From NCBI GenBank assembly GCA_951406725.2, contig OX597815.1:123752001-123816000 (forward strand): 64,000 nt of DNA, given 5' to 3'. The translations under genes and the position numbers were made by a program. Positions 39,215 to 52,790 of the stretch are shown here, one piece after another. This DNA is from Octopus vulgaris (lineage: Eukaryota). Positions within the stretch are counted from its first letter, which is position 1; every line of letters starts with the position of its first letter. The notes below the pieces were generated by a model that was not told where the DNA came from, did no database searches, and saw only the letters and a program-made list of their open reading frames with translations.

Positions 39215-39645
39215 TTAGTAGTTTTTAAATAACTGAAGTCTCACACAGAGAGATACCATCAATGTGACAGAAACTAATAATAGCGAAGGTAAACATTGAC
39301 GAGACATCGACTCTGTGTAAGATTCCGAACCGTTTATGCCTCTAGTCGTTCTTTCAGATTCCCAAGCGATCTTATTCACTACGAAAGTACTGGAGCTACT
39401 GTTTGATATGGGAATGTTCAAATACGCTTCTGGACCACCTGAAAGGTTTTTGTGATCTTTTAGCTGTGATGGTACACGTTTCAAAAACCATTGAGGTTTT
39501 ACTAGATGTGTAGTTCGAGTTATGTAATTGTTTCGCTCTGTTGGTTCATTGGCCTTGTTAGTTGGAAACGGCAGCACTTTACTTTCTTCCGTTCTTTTCG
39601 GAATTATTTCTTCCTCCTCCTCAGTGGGAGGATTTCTTAGCTCAT
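39215..39645 (-). CDS. Gene B coding exon 4 (long stalk + GPI/TM signal, stop)
   Basis: ttcttttcag acceptor; (D)ELRNPPTEEEEEIIPK...ESMSRQCLPSLLLVSVTLMVSLCVRLQLFKNY*, matching track ORF 39215..39724. Spliced CDS is 792 nt = 263 aa. Confidence 0.85.
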
Positions 39646-41174
39646 CTGAAAAGAATTGAAATTCAGAATAATTATATAAAATGTAAACAATTTCCAGAAC
39701 AAATTTACAAATGATGCAGAACAACAGAGAATGTGTTAAAGCAAACTGTTTCGGAAAGTTTATATCATCTTATTCGAATTTATTTCCATTTCATTAGCCC
39801 TGTGTTGTGTATCGCAGAAAGCAACAGTCGCTACGTGGTTTCAGTTCACTTTTAAAATCTTTTCACTCCAATGACATGCTTAGGAAAGTTATGAATGTCA
39901 TAACAGCTCAGTTCTTCTTGAAAACAAAGGGCCTTGTGCCTAATCAAAACGGCTCCAATGTTAAGCTAAAAGTAAGTTAAGAATGCGATCCATTTTCGAT
40001 TCTCGTTCTAATCATTTAGCTTCATTAATGTACGATTGCCATGAATAATTCTTTCCATATTCCTCTACAAGTTTCTGGCTTTGGCTTTATAAAAGAACTC
40101 CACATTGTTTGTAACTAAACATTGCAAATTCTATCACATATAAAGTATTATATCAATCACCTGAAGTATAGTCAGATGGCTGAATCAAGATTAAATTACT
40201 TTCTTGGAAGAAATATCCTAACCTAAACATAAAATTTCCCTTCACAACACACAAACATATTTCAAGAATTATATTAAATAACTATTGATATTTTCACTTG
40301 TTTTACAGTGATTTGTTTCTTTGTTCATTCGCTGATAGAAAAAATAAATCCTTGCCTGGCATGTATAAAAGTCATTCCAGTCAACTATATTTCTTCCCTA
40401 GAAATCAGCAACCTTGAGTCAAGACTAGATTAACTGATGTTCTTAGCATTGTCCAACAATGATGTTATATCGACCCTAACATTTGTACACCTGACAAGAC
40501 ATTAAGTCATAATAAGTGCTTAGTGGGAAATAATAGATTAAAAAATTCACTTTTTTCAGTTCACCCTTACGGCGATGCACCACAACTTTATTAAATAAAA
40601 CCAGTTTTTCTTGTTTTAATTTTATAAATTAAACTAAATAACACGAAATAATAAAGCAAATCATTTATTTATTACTAGGTCAACAGTTAAAATGCCAATT
40701 TTCAACATATTTTATTCAATAGAGAAAAGAAACAATTTAATATAGAAAGATCGGCATTAGAAAAGAAAACTATGTGAGGTTCCCTACCCGTGCGCTTTCC
40801 TTGATGCCTTGAGCACGTGCTTTCGCTCGGTTTTATGTTGGTATAATGGCCATTTAAATATAATATTTCAAAAACTTTTAACAAGCATTTTTCGGTAATA
40901 AATATACGTACACAAGCATATCCGTGTCGTCAAGAATACCGACAATCTTATTAATGATACAAAATAGTATATCAACACAATAGGAGAAACCATTGATAAA
41001 TGTCAGCAATCTAGTAAATATATGTGCATACACAGAATTGATACACTTGAAGAATCAGGTACAGTTGTTACGATCTGTTGAAAATATCGTCCACATGATA
41101 CATGTGCATACGTGTGTGTGTGTGCGTATATATATATATATATATATATATACGCACACACACACACGTATATT

Positions 41175-41274
<100 letters not shown>

Positions 41275-41429
41275 CACACAAACATGTATGGAAAGGTATG
41301 CGCTGATCCTATGCTTTAGTAAAAATAGATACCACGCTGTAGAATTGAAACCTAGACTTTGTAATTGAGAAACGAACTTCATAACCATTACGGGATCCAC
41401 TATTAAGGCCCACAATATATATAACAGAG

Positions 41430-41630
41430 AAGGCAGCGAGCTGGAGAAGCCGCTCAGAATGATTGGCAACATTTCAACCGTCTTTAGGATCCAAGTTCAA
41501 ATTCCGCCGATGTTCAATTTGCATTTCATCCTTCGGGGTCGATAAAATAAGTACCACTTGAGTACTGGAGTCGATTACATCGACTGTTCCCTCCCTTGCA
41601 ATTGCTGACCTTGTGCCAAAATATGAAATC
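41430..41630 (+). mobile_element. SINE family 2 copy
   Basis: GGCAGCGAGCTGG...GTTCAAATTCCGCCG...TTCATCCTTCGGGGTCGATAAAATAAGTACC. Confidence 0.75.
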
Positions 41631-41891
41631 AATGTTAAGTGACACTTTGTGAACCAGCACCGTTGCATTCCTAGCGATACATCACAGATAAATTCACTAG
41701 GAATGCAACGGAACTAGAAACAGCAGCCAGATATCTCTCGAACAACCCCTGAAGTAGAGTTTCTCAAGATAGGGTACACACCTCATCTGTGAGGTGTGGA
41801 AAAATTTTGATGGGGTGAGTTACTCTGAAATGAAGTAAGCAATAGGTGACTAAAACTTACAATAAGGTTTTAATTAACACTTCTTTTGAAT

Positions 41892-41923
<32 letters not shown>

Positions 41924-41926
41924 GTG

Positions 41927-42028
<102 letters not shown>

Positions 42029-42037
42029 GTTAATAAT

Positions 42038-42152
42038 TTAGGGTATATCAGCCGAAACGTTGTGTTAACAACAAACAAGATGAGGACAAATATCAGTCAA
42101 TTGTAAATAATGTAAATAATGTAGATAATTCCTCATCTCTTAAATATAGACC
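42038..42152 (+). mobile_element. Truncated copy of the same Penelope-like end
   Basis: GGGTATATCAGCCGAAACGTTGTGTTAAC...TTCCTCATCTCTTAAATATAGA is the reverse complement of 32590-32683. Confidence 0.65.
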
Positions 42153-43765
42153 AGTTATGTAATAACATGAAATTAGTTACCCAATAATAAGAATTCAAAT
42201 AAAGGAGTCCATAAAAGGGATTTAATGCGTTCACAGAGAATATAGAACATAGGAGGAAATACTAATAAGATATGTATACTAAAATCGTGAAGCATGCTAC
42301 GTAATGGCAGGCTTATCAGATATGATATAATAACAATTCAAAGTAAATAACTCTGAAAAGGGCTTTTGTGCGTTCCCAGAGAATATTACCCTCAGGGGCA
42401 CTAGGGTTAGTATATTCGTGAATAAGTCACTAACCGAAATAAGTGGATCTATTGTTTAGGAAAATACTATTTACTTCTTTAAGGGTTGTACTGGATAAAT
42501 TGCGAAAATAACTCTATCAGTTCAAATACTAAGAAATAAGCATACTCAATTTGATTTATACCAAATAATTTAGGAAAATGAATGGGTTATTTCCCTTGGC
42601 TATACATAAGGATCCGTTCCACTTTCTGAGCGCTCTTGTTTTATTATTGTTATTGGTGTTGTTGATGTTGATGTTCTCACCATCATCATTATTGTTTTAG
42701 TCTCACCATTTATTCCATAAATTTATTTTAATGCTTTTAAATTTTAGTTTGCTTTAATGCCAAATTTAGAAAATTTTCACTTCAGTTAAATTTTTAATCC
42801 GTAACCCATTTATTGGTTTTAACTTTAAAACTCGTAATGAAGTTAATTTGAATTTACATTTGACCTTCAGCAACTTTAACTTGACCTCATCCTATTTCAA
42901 CCTATCATCACTCATTCTATCAGTATTTTATATCCTAGCCAATCAGAGCATTCTTGACCTCTACTTCACAATATGATTACTACTGATATTCTTTCACCTT
43001 CTACATTAAATCCTCTATTATGCTTAATAGCAACAATCACCAAATATTAAAGTCTTAGATTGACCATGTGTATAAATGACCCATATCAAATTTCTACACA
43101 ACGGTTGGAGAATATCTAACCTATAAACAATGCTAATATGATAATGTGTGTTGACCTGGCTACAAACACTGATGTTTTATGACTTTCCCTTTCCAAAATT
43201 TTGGCCATCCAATATCCCAGCTTCTTCTAACTGACCCTTTCCTCTACCATTTCCTTCCTTTTCGTCACCCCTTTGTAACCTGTTTTCCTCTTTTCTGTAT
43301 TCAACTTCCATCTTTCCATCTTTTCCTCCCACCGTCATGCACTCACCATTCTGCTCCAGTTCAGTTCCCTTATAACCAGAAATGACTGCGACGAAATTAG
43401 CGTTAATTTCTTTAGGTCGTTCAATTTTTCTCAATTGATCAGCAGACCTATTGAGTAAACCTATTAGTAATATACCTATAACAACTACTGGAATCAGCTG
43501 TAAGCCAAATTTGCTCCAATAAAGGAAAAATATGTCATGACCATAATTTTTATATTGTTTCTTACTCTTTGTAAAAACCGGTTTGTTTGAAGCCCATCTA
43601 TGGATTTACTATATAAAATTGTGATGAACCATAACCTTGGACCCTGCCGTAAAAATACCTGAAGGTCATCGAGTTCTTCACTAATCTAAATAATATCGTT
43701 AGCCTAGTGTGCCAACAGAGAGCTTATGAAGTATTTTGCCCGGATTGATAATCCATCACTATTAG

Positions 43766-43881
<116 letters not shown>

Positions 43882-44785
43882 GAAGTAGTTGTGAGGAAAA
43901 AATTGCGAAACATTGTCCTTAATCAGAGCTGATCTTAAAAAACCCCCAACATATTGGATAAAACAGTTCGGAGTAGATTATTCTCGAAAATACGAGATGG
44001 TTATAGATGGAAGTCTTCGATCATAAGTGTGCTTGTTCAAGGTCGACCTTGGGTTAAACAAAAACAACAATATTGTAATATTCTGATAGGCCAATGAGGG
44101 AATTTCTATGCGATCACTCGACTTGCTATAAATAGCTAAATATCCCTCTAATGATACCTTTTGGTGAAAAAGAACATGCTTGACAATAGGGTCAATGATA
44201 TTGAAAATGACAGGATGGTCACAGATGGAATAACTCTGATTGTAAGTTTGCTTAATCAGAGCTGATTAGTGGCTAAGCAACGTCATATGAAACTCACCAG
44301 GTCATGAGGTATTTCCTGTAAATTGATGCTTTTTGTGCCGCTATGGCGGTAAGCTAATGAATTACTAATTACATAATGGATGAGCAGACTCAGTAGAATG
44401 ACGAACAAAACAACGTCATGTTTAATTACTTACCTTTACGTTTTAAGAAGAAATTCTACTGGAGTCATCTTTATCTTTTATCCTTCAGTGGTCCATAAAA
44501 ATTAGCACCAACAGAATATAATCGACAAAACCATGCTCGATTATTTTAGACGTCGCGAAATCAATGTTACAGTAATTGCTGAGATCATTATACTATATAT
44601 CCCAGTTGTACCTTTCTACTATTGACTGATTTGACTAACTGTATGTGTCAGTCTTTTAACACTATTGCTCGTGGCCAAATATAAGCCATCGATGTTTCAA
44701 TCAGCAGGCTTTCTATTCGATCAGCAGACACTGTCACATGGGTTATATACTCTGTCAGACTATGCGATATTTTTTAAAAACTTAC

Positions 44786-44914
44786 CCATCGAAGCTCTGT
44801 TGCAGAGATTTGTATCACAGAAGCACCATTGTTCGTTTGAATAGCTGCGACAACTTTTGAGTGGTAAATGAGGTGGTAGGTCAGGATGTAAATCGGTGCA
44901 GCCACGAAATATAA
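44786..44914 (-). CDS. Gene B coding exon 3 (LU domain C-half)
   Basis: ctcattgcag acceptor; (V)IFRGCTDLHPDLPPHLPLKSCRSYSNEQWCFCDTNLCNRASM; G|gtaag donor. 129 nt, the same length and phase as gene A exon 3. Confidence 0.9.
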
Positions 44915-45183
44915 CTGCAATGAGATATGAAAAGAATTATTTAAAAATCAGTATATACTGGCTGTTGTTTTGTCTTCTCTTAATGTCACTGATTAACAGC
45001 GATTTTTTTAAACACAGGTACTAGACATCAGACTAGAAGAAGTGGTACAGCTGAATGGTACTTTGTTTTATCGCTTCCCACCCCCACAAAAGATTGGAGA
45101 TCAAAAGTAACTTTAGGTGAGATTTGAACTCAAAATGTCAAAAATTCGTATTTTAACCTTTTGTCAATCCACTGCCTATTGCT

Positions 45184-45241
<58 letters not shown>

Positions 45242-45339
45242 TATATATACACATATATATATATATATATGTATATATGTGTGTATATATATGTATATAT
45301 ATGTATATATATATATGTATATATATATATATGTATATA

Positions 45340-45400
<61 letters not shown>

Positions 45401-45898
45401 ATGAGGGTGTCTAAAAGACACCAACATGCCGAAATAGCAGTCGAAACTCTGACTATAAAACCACGTTAAATGTTCATATCGCACCATGAGGTAAAGCGGA
45501 GGGACAAAACATACAAGCAAAAATTATTGAATAATTCAAGATCCAAGGATTTCTGGTTCTGCTTTAAATAAGCTTTACCGTCATCAATTGAATATATCAA
45601 GGGTACATAAATACAGATATATATATGCACAGCAAACGATATACTTACATATACGAGCGTCGTACATACATACACATGCACGTATGGACACAGCCAGTTT
45701 GAAATGCCCGCCAAATCACCGCATAATAACGATATGGTTAAAATAAGCACCGCAGTGAATATAATAACGAATTATATAAATTTATATATGAGGATAATAT
45801 CGATATTTAAGTGTCGAAATTATCAAGTGGCCAGCATGAAAGAAATACCTTACAAAGGTATATATATACATATGTATATATATATACATATATGTATG

Positions 45899-45992
<94 letters not shown>

Positions 45993-45994
45993 TA

Positions 45995-48900
45995 TGTGGT
46001 GCGTGCCACAATGTTAACCACAGGTGTGGTGCGTGCCACAAACCGCCAGCATGTTGTTGAAAGGGCAGCTGCTGAACAAGAATCTTTTTTGTGCATGGCA
46101 CAAAAGATTGTACAGCAGCTAACCTGGCTCCATCAAACTCAAGCTCGCAGATGGGACTATCCACAATACACAAGACCACCACAGCAAATAGACCCAAGGT
46201 GGACACCGCCGGCAACAGCATACACCTCACCTCGATGCTCCTACTGAACATCAGAGGACTGCTAACACTCAGTAACAGGACAAAAATCCCGTTCTTGAGA
46301 GACTTTGTTGCATGCAATCAAGCCTTATGCATAGCACTTACGGAAACACACCTGAAACCGGACATAGCAGATGGGGAATTACACATACCACAGTATGTTG
46401 TACTACGGACCGACAGAAAAGAAAGGAGTCATGGAGGAGTTGCTATGTACATCCGTGAGAACCTCACACCCCAGGTCCTTTTGTCATACTCAAACTCGGT
46501 GTGTGACACACTAATTGTACATATAAGGCAACTTGGTGTAGTTGTGTGTGCTACATATCGCCCTCCAGATGCCCCAAGCCATGTAGGCAAGTTTGAAGAC
46601 TGCCTTATAAAAATAGAAGTTCTAGTCACATTAGAACAACACATAAGTGTACTTCTTATGGGAGACTTCAATCTACCCAATGTCAGATGGCCCGAGGGCC
46701 TTTCTCTCCCAGGAATGACACAATGTGAACGAGGACAGGCGAGGTCCCTCCTGAACCTCATCAACACCCTGTACATGGAACAAGTAATACTCCAACCAAC
46801 CAGGGCAGGTAACACACTGGATCTCTGCTTCACAAATAATATGGATCTCATCCATAATGTGAAAGTGACACCGACACTACTCTCGGATCACAACATGGTA
46901 GAGCTGACCATGTACGGGCCAAAGGAAAGCATGGACACGCAGCCTACAAGAAACTCTCAGAATCTTTCCAGCTTGAACTTCCATAAGGCAAACTGGAAAC
47001 AAATTGAGAAAGAGATCATCAAACAAAACTGGCCTGAATGTCTCTCCTCGCCAGACATCGACGTGAAACTTCAACAATTCATGTCTGTAATGCAAGCCAT
47101 ATGCTACAAATGTGTCCCAGAGAGAAAGGCCACTGTACACAAGAACAAAATCCCCAGAGAGAGGAAAATTCTAATGAGACGGCGTACAAAAATTTCAAAT
47201 CGCCTAAACAAACAAATTGAAAGCAGTGAAAAGTCCCGCCTGAAAATAAAACTGTTGGAAATTGAAAAATGTCTGCAACTCTCCCATGAAAAGGAAAGAT
47301 CAGACAAAGAAGCCTGGGCTATAGACAACATAAAATCTAACCCCAGAGCTTTCTACAGGTATGCCAAAGAAACAGCTACGGCGCACTGTAGGATAGGGCT
47401 ACTCCTTGAAAAGAATGGCACACTCACAGGAAATCCAATGAGGGTAAGTGAAATACTGAATGAGCAATCCAAGAGTGTTTTCACTCCACCCCTTGGGCAT
47501 TTCCAAATCAGTAATCCAACTGACTTCTTTACCACTGCAGATATAAAACCAGAGTCAGCGATGATTGATTACATCAATATAAAGGAAGACGATGTAATAA
47601 AGGCTATAGATGAAATGAAAACAAACTCAGCTACTGGCCCCAATGGATTCCCGGCAATCCTTCTAAAAGTATGTAAGAGAATCCTAGCAAGACCACTGCA
47701 GTTCCTCTTTCAGAGCTTCCTTGCAACTGGCAAACTTCCAAGAAAACTGAAGGAAGGTAAAATATGCCCTATTCATAAAGGAGGTAGCAGAGCGGAGGCC
47801 AAGAACTACAGACCTATCTCTCTGACCTCACACATCAGCAAGGTCATGGAACGAATAGTCAGAAGGAAACTAATCACCTTCCTTGAAGAAAATGACTTGC
47901 TGCCTGACACCCAACATGGTTTCCGACCAGGAAGAAGCTGCTTAACTCAGCTCCTACAACACTATGACTGGGTGCTGAAACGACTGCTCAACCACTCAAA
48001 TGTGGAAGTCATATATCTCGACTTTGCAAAGGCCTTTGATAAAGTCGATCATGGAATGATATGTCACAAACTGCGTGATCTTGGCATAGTTGGAAAACTG
48101 GGAGAATGGCTTCATGACTTTCTGAAGGATAGAAGTCAGGAGGTAGTAGCCAATAGGGCCACTTCCATTAACACGCAAATAGTGAGGGGTGTTCAGCAGT
48201 GCACTGTTTTGGGACCACTACTGTTCATAATGGCCCTCTCAGACATGCCCTCAGCCACACAGAGAGCCACGATCACAAGTTATGCAGATGATACAAAAGT
48301 TTCACAGGCAATACAGAACCCTGAAGACACTAAACACCTGCAATGTGAGCTGGACAAAATATACAAGTTGGCTGAAAAGAATAGCATGCAATTCAATGCT
48401 GAAAAGTTTCAAGCTTTATGCTATCAGCATGCAAAACTAAATGCAATACCCAATGAATACACTGGACCCGGAGGGATTGCAATCCCAGAGGCACAATCAG
48501 TGCGTGACCTGGGTATTTACATGAGTGATGACGCAACCTTTCATGTACATGTTGCTAAATTGGCAATGAAATGTAGACGACTGGCCGGATGGATTCTTAG
48601 AACCTTTAGAACAAGAGAACAAGAAACCATGATGGTCCTCTGGAGGACACTTGTCCTAAGCCACTTTGACTATTGCTCTCAGCTATGGTCACCATCCAGT
48701 GTCAAGTTGATCACAGAACTTGAGGCGATCCAACGAAGCTATACGAAGAAGATAGCCTCTGTGCAGCATATAAGCTACTGGGAAAGACTCAAGAGATTAA
48801 AACTCTATTCCTTGGAGCATAGGCGAGAAAGATATGCCATAATATATATCTGGAAGATCCTAGAAGGACTTGTCCCAAACTTTGGCATCGAGAGTTACAC

Positions 48901-49270
48901 AGAACTGGGCGCCACTGCGTGGTGCCAAGGACTCCAAATTTGCCATCAAGATGTAGGACAAGATACTGTGATAGCCTGGGCTTCAGAGGCCCACAGCTCT
49001 TCAATATCCTCCCGAAGAACCTGAGGGACCTGCATGGGGTGGATGCGGATGTCTTTAAAGTAGGACTGGATCTCTTCCTGTCAGGTGTCCCGGATGAACC
49101 AACTTCACGGCAGGAGGTGCAGATGAGGGCAGCTGCATCGAACTCTCTCATGCACCAAATGGCAGTTGCTAAAAAGCATTCGTGAAGTAAAATCATGTGG
49201 CAACACCAAATGGCGGTGCCCCAGCATGGCCACAGCTCGTGAGCTGAAACTAGATAAAAAATAAATAAAT
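45995..49270 (+). mobile_element. 5'-truncated second copy of the same LINE family, antisense in gene B intron 2, inside (TA)n
   Basis: Colinear with 9108-12350 at high identity. Retains only the ORF1 3' end and ends in an (AAAT)n tail. Confidence 0.95.
46091..49185 (+). pseudogene. Damaged ORF2 of LINE copy 2
   Basis: GVPQGT changed to GVQQCT; ATG of MDTAG changed to GTG; 3-nt deletion near 46618; about 7-nt deletion near 48900 frameshifts the C-terminus (continues in ORF 48919..49185). Confidence 0.9.
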
Positions 49271-49301
49271 ATGTATATACATATATATGTATATATATGT
49301 A

Positions 49302-49351
<50 letters not shown>

Positions 49352-49417
49352 TATATGCATATCTATATACATATATATACAAATATATATACATATATAT
49401 ATACATACATACATACG

Positions 49418-49460
<43 letters not shown>

Positions 49461-49597
49461 ATACGTATATATGTATATATATATATACATATATACATGT
49501 ATATATACATATATATACATATATATGTATATATACATATATATACATATATATGTATATATACATATATATATAAATATACATATATACATATATA

Positions 49598-49746
49598 CAA
49601 ATTCAGCCGATGTCGACTTGGCCTTTTATCCTTTCGGGGTCGATAAATTAAGTACCAGTTACGCATTGGGGTCGATGTAATCGACTTAATCTGTTTGTCT
49701 GTCCTTGTTTGTCTCCTCTGTGTTTGGCCCCTTGTGGGTAGTAAAG

Positions 49747-49783
<37 letters not shown>

Positions 49784-50034
49784 CAATTAGAGACAAAACC
49801 ACTATTATGCTATTCACACAATGATAGACATAAACCAAATCATAGATAACAAATAAAATATATTTTTATAAAGCATATAACTAGATCACAAGAAGTATAA
49901 AAATGAATAATCAATATATAATATGTATAGTTATTAATATATCATTGTTTGAATTGTATAATAGTGGTTTTGTCTCTAAGATATATATATATATATATAT
50001 ATATATACTTATATATATATACTTATATATATGT

Positions 50035-50113
<79 letters not shown>

Positions 50114-50900
50114 ATATATACCTGCATGCGAACTGGCGCAATCGGTAGCACGTCTGACAAAATGTCAAGCGACATTTTTTCGCCTCTTTACGTTCTGAGT
50201 TCAATCCCTTCGAGGTTGGTGAATTAAAGTACCAGTCAAATACTATAATCGACTTGTCTCCTCTCCTCAAGACTGCTGGTCTTCACTCCTACAACTAGCA
50301 GACTGGCTTCCTGTACAGGGGAATGTTGTGATCTCGGTGACATGCCATGCTGTCTAATGACATAAACGGTCGTATCGAAATAAACATTGTCACTTTATCT
50401 AATCATGTTCCATGTTTATATCACGTTGACTTTCACTTTCCATTCTTCTGGGGTGGGTAAAATGAAAACTAGTCAACTGTCTCTAGCCCTCCTTTAAAGT
50501 TTGATATGTTATATTGCTTTTGTTTCATTGTAAGTTCTCAAAGTAAATATTTATACTGATATCTTCTATTACATTATTATTTTATTTCTAAATATTTACA
50601 TTCAAACTTTACATATGTTATATTGGTATTGTGCCAATATAAAGAATGAATGTTTTCAGTTATACTAAACAGCACAAGAGCTGAGGATTGGCAGAATCGT
50701 TAGTGTTGGACAAAATGACTTGTATTTCTTCTGGCTCTTTACGTTCAAACTCAAAGTCCTGCTGAGCTCAGCTTTGCATTTGATCGGTTTCTTTTCATCA
50801 TGTAAGGGTTGATAAAATAAAGAACCTTTGGAGTTCCGGAGACAATTCAATCGATTAACCTCTCTCTACTCCAAATTTTAGGCCTTATGCTTAAGTTAGA
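49598..50900 (+). mobile_element. Several partial SINE family 2 copies (49598-49750, 50130-50280, 50680-50900)
   Basis: Family core and tail CCCCTTGTGGGTAGTAAAGAAAT. Confidence 0.65.
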
Positions 50901-51633
50901 AGCGCCAGAGCATCGGATTAAATGATACATTGTCTTTATTTCTATACAAATTAGTTCTGAGTTCGAATTTCGTCGAGATCTAGTTTGCTTTGAAATCCAT
51001 CGGGATAGATTAGAATAAGCTTCGATTAGAATAATGAATTAGAATAAATGATTACTTTTCCTCATCAGCAATAATTATCTTATATACTTGGATAATTTCT
51101 CAATATTTAGTTTCTTTACACACAACCATTAAATGGTGAGCCATTACGTATTCACAGCGACTCAGATTCATAGAGAGGGGAGGACGGATGTTTGTGATGT
51201 AGACAAGTCAGGGTGAAGGTACCAGCAAGTCAGGGTGTCATGAGCTTAGGGGCATCACATCTTGTGTTTAGGATTTTCGAAATAAAAGAGAACAAATAGT
51301 ATGAAAAATTTCCTACATTTACGTTGGCGCAGTATGATCGAATGGTTCATTTCGCAACCACAAGGTCTCGGATTTGATTCCGCCAATTAGAATCTTCTAT
51401 AGCCTCAGGCCAAAGTGAAAGAAACTGGGTAGACGGAAACTGTGTAGAAACCTGTCGGGTGGATTGTTTCTATTCAAAAGGAATAGATTTGTCACCCGCT
51501 GCGTCACGTTGAATTCATCGCGGTTCATGTGTCAAAATAATCCCTAGCCACTTACATATTATTCAGGAGCAGGTAATTCCGTTGATCGAACAACAGAATC
51601 TTCGTCGTCGAACGGCAGAGGCTTGTGAAGATC

Positions 51634-51780
<147 letters not shown>

Positions 51781-52114
51781 CAGTCCGTCTAAAAGAAAGA
51801 ATTGAAGGGTGTCGATACTGAGCTTGTTCGAAGTACTAGCAACCATTAGGATCGCCCCTATTTTCGCCAGGAATTCGCTCATCCGGCTCTATAGTAGAAG
51901 ACACTTGTTCAAGATGCAGTACACAGTAGCACTGAACCCCAAACCGCGTGGTTGCGAAGCGAAATTTTAACCACACAGTTATGTCTGTGCCTATGTCATA
52001 TTTATTCTCGAAATTCGGACTCAATATATTTTAATTATATTACAAATGTTTTGTGATTTTCATCTGTTTTGTAAGATAAACTTAAGAATTCTGTCTAGGA
52101 TGCTTGTTACTTAC

Positions 52115-52267
52115 CGTTTGGATTTTGCTTTTTTACCCGAACGAAACAACTGCCATAGCAAGCTTCAGAATTGGTGAGATACGGAGCCGTAATACTTTGT
52201 GGCGGACAATAACTTTTTGATGTCTGCTGTTCGCCGCTGTAACACACATAGCATCTTTTACCCAGTC
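52115..52267 (-). CDS. Gene B coding exon 2 (LU domain N-half)
   Basis: tattccag acceptor; (G)LGKRCYVCYSGEQQTSKSYCPPQSITAPYLTNSEACYGSCFVRVKKQNPN; G|gtaagt donor. Confidence 0.9.
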
Positions 52268-52439
52268 CTGGAATATATAGATAATGGTATAATTAAGTAA
52301 AGGCTAATACATTTAATGCTGTGAACTCAACTAGAAAGAAAAAAATGTGGCGAAAAAGAAAAACAGAACAGAATAAAACATATCTACAGCATTAGTCAAT
52401 GAGTATATATTAGTATTATTTCGGTGAGTATATCTTATC

Positions 52440-52790
52440 CTTCGCTTGTTTCAGTCATTGATCTGCAGCCATGCAGCCACTGACTTGAAGGATTTAGTCA
52501 AACAAATCGACTTCAGTACTTATTCTTTTAAAAGTCTGGTACTTACTTTTTGAGTTCATAAACAAACCAACACCAGTTGTCAAGCGCTGTATGGTGGTGG
52601 TGGTGTGATAAACATACGTACACACATATAAAACAAGCTTCCACGCAGTTTCCATTTGCCAAATTCATTCACAAAACGTTGGTCGGCGCGGGTCTGTAAT
52701 AGACGACACTTGCTTAAGATGCCACGTTATGGGACTGAACCCGAAATCACGCGGTTGCAAATCGAACTTCTTAACCACATAGTCATGCCT
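52440..52790 (-). mobile_element. CORE-type SINE, diverged
   Basis: GTTTCAGTCATTGATCTGCAGCCATGC...GACACTTGCTTAAG...GGGACTGAACCC. Confidence 0.7.
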
